A stretch of DNA of 64,000 nt, from assembly GCA_036476995.1 (NCBI GenBank), contig JAZGCO010000100.1:16428-80427 (forward strand), in the 5' to 3' direction. The translations under genes were made by a program, and so were the position numbers. Below the pieces are notes generated by a model. The model was not told the origin of the DNA, did no database searches, and saw only the letters and a program-made list of their open reading frames with translations. Every line of letters starts with the position of its first letter. Positions within the stretch are counted from its first letter, which is position 1. Source of the DNA: Gemmatimonadota bacterium (GTDB taxonomy: Bacteria > Gemmatimonadota > Gemmatimonadetes > Palauibacterales > Palauibacteraceae). Of the stretch, positions 60,707 to 64,000 are shown piece after piece.

Positions 60707-61455
60707 GCGGCCGCCTCTTCGATCCGGACCAGGAGCACCGTGATGTTGTCGCGTCCACCCGCCCGGTTGGCTTGGTCGACCAGGGTAGTCGCCAGAAGAT
60801 CGAGGTTCTCCTCCGCGCCGATGAACCCGGCTATCTCGTCGTCCGTCAGCATATCGGTAAGCCCATCGGTTGTCATAAGAAACACATCACCCGCCTGAGC
60901 CTCACCACGGTACACGTCGGGGGCGCCGCTGCAGCTTGCCCCGAGTGCTCGCGTAATGATGTTCGATTGTGGGTGTCCCCTGGCCTGCTCCGGAGAAATA
61001 AGACCCTGCGTGACCTGCTCCTGGACCCAGGAGTGGTCCAGTGTCAGCTGGTCCAGCTTTCCGGCTCGAAACAAATAGATGCGGCTGTCTCCGATGTGGC
61101 CGATGCCATAGCAGCCGTCCTTGTGCACGACCAGAGCGCTGGCAGTGGTGCCCATGCCCCGCCGCTCCGAGTGTACGCTGGCCTCTTCGGCGATCGATTT
61201 CTCAGCATCGGCAAACGCATCGAGAAACCCTTGCTCGACCACGCAGCCGTCTGAATCGCCGGTGTGTGCGCAGAGCTTGTCGCCGATCGTACGGGCGGCG
61301 ATGGCGCTGGCCTCCTCGCCGGCGGCGTGTCCGCCCATACCGTCTGCTACCAGAAAGACACCCACTTCCGGAGATGCAAATGCAGAGTCCTCGTTCTCGG
61401 CTCGCACCATGCCGGTGTCGCTCAGGGCTTTCCAGCTCCAGGTATACTCGGTCAT
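60703..61455 (-). CDS. PP2C-family Ser/Thr protein phosphatase
   Basis: RAENEDS, DGMGGH and GDSR motifs. Confidence 0.85.
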   Translation of the reverse strand: MTEYTWSWKALSDTGMVRAENEDSAFASPEVGVFLVADGMGGHAAGEEASAIAARTIGDKLCAHTGDSDGCVVEQGFLDAFADAEKSIAEEASVHSERRGMGTTASALVVHKDGCYGIGHIGDSRIYLFRAGKLDQLTLDHSWVQEQVTQGLISPEQARGHPQSNIITRALGASCSGAPDVYRGEAQAGDVFLMTTDGLTDMLTDDEIAGFIGAEENLDLLATTLVDQANRAGGRDNITVLLVRIEEAAA

Positions 61456-61590
61456 ACGCCCCTATCTATGGCTCCGAACACAGTTGGACAAGCAAGGTCA
61501 AGAACCGTTTGACGAGGTGAAATTCCCCTCCTAGCTTGAAGCTGCGACAACGCGAAGCAGTTCCTGCGCCAGCCTATCAAGAGGTACCAG

Positions 61591-62469
61591 GTGATGTCCG
61601 CTGATGCGGCACGGCAGCAGAGATGGATTCCTAGCCAGGACTATTCGTCTGCGATCGATCTCTATCTAAGCGATCTCAGCCGGTACCACCTACTTGACTC
61701 TCAAGAAGAAGACCGCGTCGCTCGCCTTGCTCGCGCAGGTGATTTGGTGGCTCGTGAGACTCTGGTCCGCTCAAATCTGCGTTTTGTGATTTCCGTGGCC
61801 AAGCGATACCAGAACCGCGGCATGGCCTTCGCAGATCTAGTTCAAGAAGGCAATGTTGGCCTCATCACGGCGGCCGTGAAATTCGACCCGGACCAGGGCG
61901 TCAAGTTCATCAGTTACGCCGTCTGGTGGATCCGTCAGGCGATCCTCGCCGCACTGGCCAAGCAGAGTCGCGCCGTCCGCCTTCCCCTGAACCGGGCCAC
62001 AGAGCTCTCGAAGATCGTCCGGGTTCGCAATGACTTGCGCCAGCGATTCGGCAGCGATCCGACCGTAGAACAAATCGCCAGCGGCACAGAGCTCCGGCAA
62101 TCAACCGTAGAGATGCTCCTGGCCCTAAACGTGTCGGAGGTGCGGTTGGATGCACCTGTGGGCGATGATGAAGACAACAGGCTCATCGAGCGGTTCCTGA
62201 CCGATGAAATCAGCCTCGAACAGAACTTCGAGAACACGCTGATTCAGGAGAGCATCGCGGTGGCGCTGCAGTCCCTCCGGCCGCGTGACGCGCGCGTGGT
62301 TCGCCTATATTACGGTCTCCAGGGAGAGTCTTCGCACACTCTGGAGCAAATCGGACTAGTGCTGGGTGTCACCCGGGAGAGGGTGCGTCAGCTTCGTGAC
62401 AGAGCTCTCCGCGAACTGCGCGACGGTGAATCCGGCTCCGTGCTGGAAAGTTTCGCTGCTGCCAGTTGA
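61591..62469 (+). CDS. RNA polymerase sigma factor, sigma-70 family (group 2/3-like)
   Basis: Regions 2.1-2.4 (DLVQEGNVGLITAAVKFDP, FISYAVWWIRQAI), region 3, and region 4 HTH (LEQIGLVLGVTRERVRQL). Confidence 0.85.
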   Translation: MMSADAARQQRWIPSQDYSSAIDLYLSDLSRYHLLDSQEEDRVARLARAGDLVARETLVRSNLRFVISVAKRYQNRGMAFADLVQEGNVGLITAAVKFDPDQGVKFISYAVWWIRQAILAALAKQSRAVRLPLNRATELSKIVRVRNDLRQRFGSDPTVEQIASGTELRQSTVEMLLALNVSEVRLDAPVGDDEDNRLIERFLTDEISLEQNFENTLIQESIAVALQSLRPRDARVVRLYYGLQGESSHTLEQIGLVLGVTRERVRQLRDRALRELRDGESGSVLESFAAAS

Positions 62470-62480
62470 GTCTCCGGCGG

Positions 62481-63716
62481 CTAGGCCCCGCCCGCGGAGG
62501 GTGGGGGAGTCTGCTCGGTAGTATCAGGTGGAACTAACTCGGGCTCTGGTTCGTCAGCAGACTGCTCTGGTGCAGCCTGCTCTGGGGTCGGATCCACCTG
62601 CTCAGGCACCGGCTGCTGCTCCGGTTCCGGCTGCTCCCGGATCGGTTCGGGTTCACGCTCCTGCTGTGCCGGCCGCTGCTGGGCTTGTGCACGGGTAGTC
62701 TCCGGCGCCACGGGCTCAGCGGGTGCCAGGCCTATCATCCGCAGTGGCTCACAGTTGCCGGGATCCAGCCAGTCCACCTGCCGCTCCCGTTCCCGGGCGA
62801 TGCCTGCGGCCAGTCGGTGCGAGTGCCCATCGCGGCGTACCAGAACGTCCACCCGTCCGAACCCGGCGGCGAACGACTCGAGGTAGGTGAACGACTCCTT
62901 GCCCCTGCCCTGGCCGTACCTTCGCACCTCACTCCACACGGGAACGTAGCCACGGCTGGGTTCAAACCGCGCTAGGAAAAACACAGACGAAGCCTGGCCA
63001 CGAGGCGCCTGACCCTCGAGTCGGTCATTGACGATATACGTTGCCACCATAGCGTCACGCTGATCATCGCCGTACGAGAGCGCCTCCATCGACGTGCGCT
63101 GGGCCAGGTACGGGCGGTTCTCGCCCGCGCTCGTCAGCAGGCGCTCCGCCAGAACCGGGCCCGAAGCGCGCATGCGGTTGTCGACCTGACCGGCACGGAC
63201 CGTCCGAAGTTCCGAATCGAATCGCACCGGGTGGGCGAAAGCGGCCCGTGGCACGGCCGAACCGGGACGTAAGAGCAGGCTCACCGACATGGCGGCCGGG
63301 CATTCCCCAGCACCGGTTCCGATCAATGAGTCTACGACCAGCGATCCAACCCGAGTTCCGCCTGCGTACAACCCCAGCTCGGTTCCGGGCGCTTGAAACG
63401 TTTCCTCAAAGCGCGGCCAAAACGTCTCATCCCCACCGGACGAAGCGCCAAGATCCAACACCCCGTCGTCCGCCAACCGCGCTACAGGAACCGCGCGCGC
63501 GCCGTCCGAATCCGTGCCGACGGCAAACAGCAGCGGTTCCTGAGGTAGTGGCACGCTCTCGAGGCGTGCGGAGTCCTCTTCGGCCGCCTCGGCTTCCGGG
63601 GCCGGATCGACGAGAGCGATCTGCGCTCCGCCCCACTGGACGTCGCACGCTGCCACCCCAAACACCAAAGCGGCGCACAGAGCGAATCCGGCCTCGGCTG
63701 GTAGATCTTTAGGCAT
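62481..63716 (-). CDS. Hypothetical lipoprotein with Pro/Glu-rich C-terminal tail
   Basis: Lipobox VFGVAACD after the Met at 63716. C-terminal low-complexity PEPEQQ repeats. Confidence 0.45.
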   Translation of the reverse strand: MPKDLPAEAGFALCAALVFGVAACDVQWGGAQIALVDPAPEAEAAEEDSARLESVPLPQEPLLFAVGTDSDGARAVPVARLADDGVLDLGASSGGDETFWPRFEETFQAPGTELGLYAGGTRVGSLVVDSLIGTGAGECPAAMSVSLLLRPGSAVPRAAFAHPVRFDSELRTVRAGQVDNRMRASGPVLAERLLTSAGENRPYLAQRTSMEALSYGDDQRDAMVATYIVNDRLEGQAPRGQASSVFFLARFEPSRGYVPVWSEVRRYGQGRGKESFTYLESFAAGFGRVDVLVRRDGHSHRLAAGIARERERQVDWLDPGNCEPLRMIGLAPAEPVAPETTRAQAQQRPAQQEREPEPIREQPEPEQQPVPEQVDPTPEQAAPEQSADEPEPELVPPDTTEQTPPPSAGGA

Positions 63717-63825
63717 GCTCGTGTAGATTGTCACGTTCTCGAATGGCGGTGTGGGCGTCGGATCCGGTCGAGCCAAAACTAGACTGGGTCGCGTCTCCTT
63801 TCAACAAGTGGCTGACCGGAGCGGG

Positions 63826-64000
63826 ATGGGCAAGGTCGCTTTCGTTCATCACGAAGCATGCAGCCTGCACGACACGGGCTGGCAGCATCCCGAACATCAG
63901 GGCCGGCTCAGGGCGGTGATGCAGTCCCTGTCGGGGGCGCTACCCGAGCTGCACGGTCTGGTCGAGCCGATCGAAGGAGTGCCCGCCGATCCGTCTATTC
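63826..64000 (+). CDS. Histone deacetylase-family protein (acetoin utilization/HDAH-like), N-terminal fragment running off the window
   Basis: Manual translation from ATG 63826 gives MGKVAFVHHEACSLHDTGWQHPEHQGRLRAV, which matches the HDAC-family N-terminus. The ORF is open to the window end and so is absent from the ORF track. Confidence 0.45.
   Translation, partial: MGKVAFVHHEACSLHDTGWQHPEHQGRLRAVMQSLSGALPELHGLVEPIEGVPADPSI

Noticed and set aside
1-64000. CRISPR arrays, rRNA or tRNA genes, transposases, integrases and prophage genes.
   Set aside because: No regularly spaced direct repeats, no rRNA or tRNA-like conserved motifs in intergenic regions, and no transposase or integrase-like ORFs were found by inspection.

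Overview
This is a high-GC (~65%) bacterial chromosomal segment that spans the replication origin region. The canonical origin synteny is present: mnmG, parS, parA, parB on the minus strand; mnmE, yidC, yidD, rnpA, rpmH on the minus strand; dnaA, an oriC-like DnaA-box cluster, and dnaN on the plus strand. Most ORFs in the six-frame track are antisense or overlapping artefacts of the high GC content. About 55 genes are supportable.

In window order they are:
- an OmpA-family lipoprotein, a CsaA-like tRNA-binding protein and YgfZ
- a 2-oxoacid dehydrogenase E1alpha/E1beta/E2 operon
- a probable sigma-54-driven operon: HlyD-type adaptor, stand-alone ABC ATPase, NtrC-type activator and histidine kinase
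- HAD-IIA hydrolase, DUF1015 and an MqnA/MqnD-family gene
- a VapBC-like toxin-antitoxin pair and a CaCA antiporter
- a bactofilin and an M23 peptidase co-oriented directly downstream of parAB
- acylphosphatase and an Fpg/Nei-family glycosylase with an atypical N-terminus
- a zinc-ribbon/Yip1 membrane protein, NUDIX hydrolase and MBL hydrolase after dnaN, with no recF or gyrB
- dapF and a DUF1707/LiaF-like protein
- a glycine-cleavage cluster: gcvH, gcvPA, an interposed MBL-fold hydrolase, gcvPB and a lipoate-protein ligase
- a six-gene Opp/Dpp-type ABC importer
- exbB, a TonB-dependent receptor, an Slt lytic transglycosylase and polA
- an uncharacterised 706-aa secreted/outer-membrane protein
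- ATP-type pckA, an HD phosphohydrolase, a PP2C phosphatase, a sigma-70-family factor, a Pro/Glu-tailed lipoprotein and a partial HDAC-family gene

No CRISPR array, rRNA, tRNA or obvious mobile element was seen. Nothing here can be called a new system from sequence alone. The most notable items are the parS/parAB/M23/bactofilin module, the oriC architecture, and the sigma-54 efflux-like module that lacks a permease.
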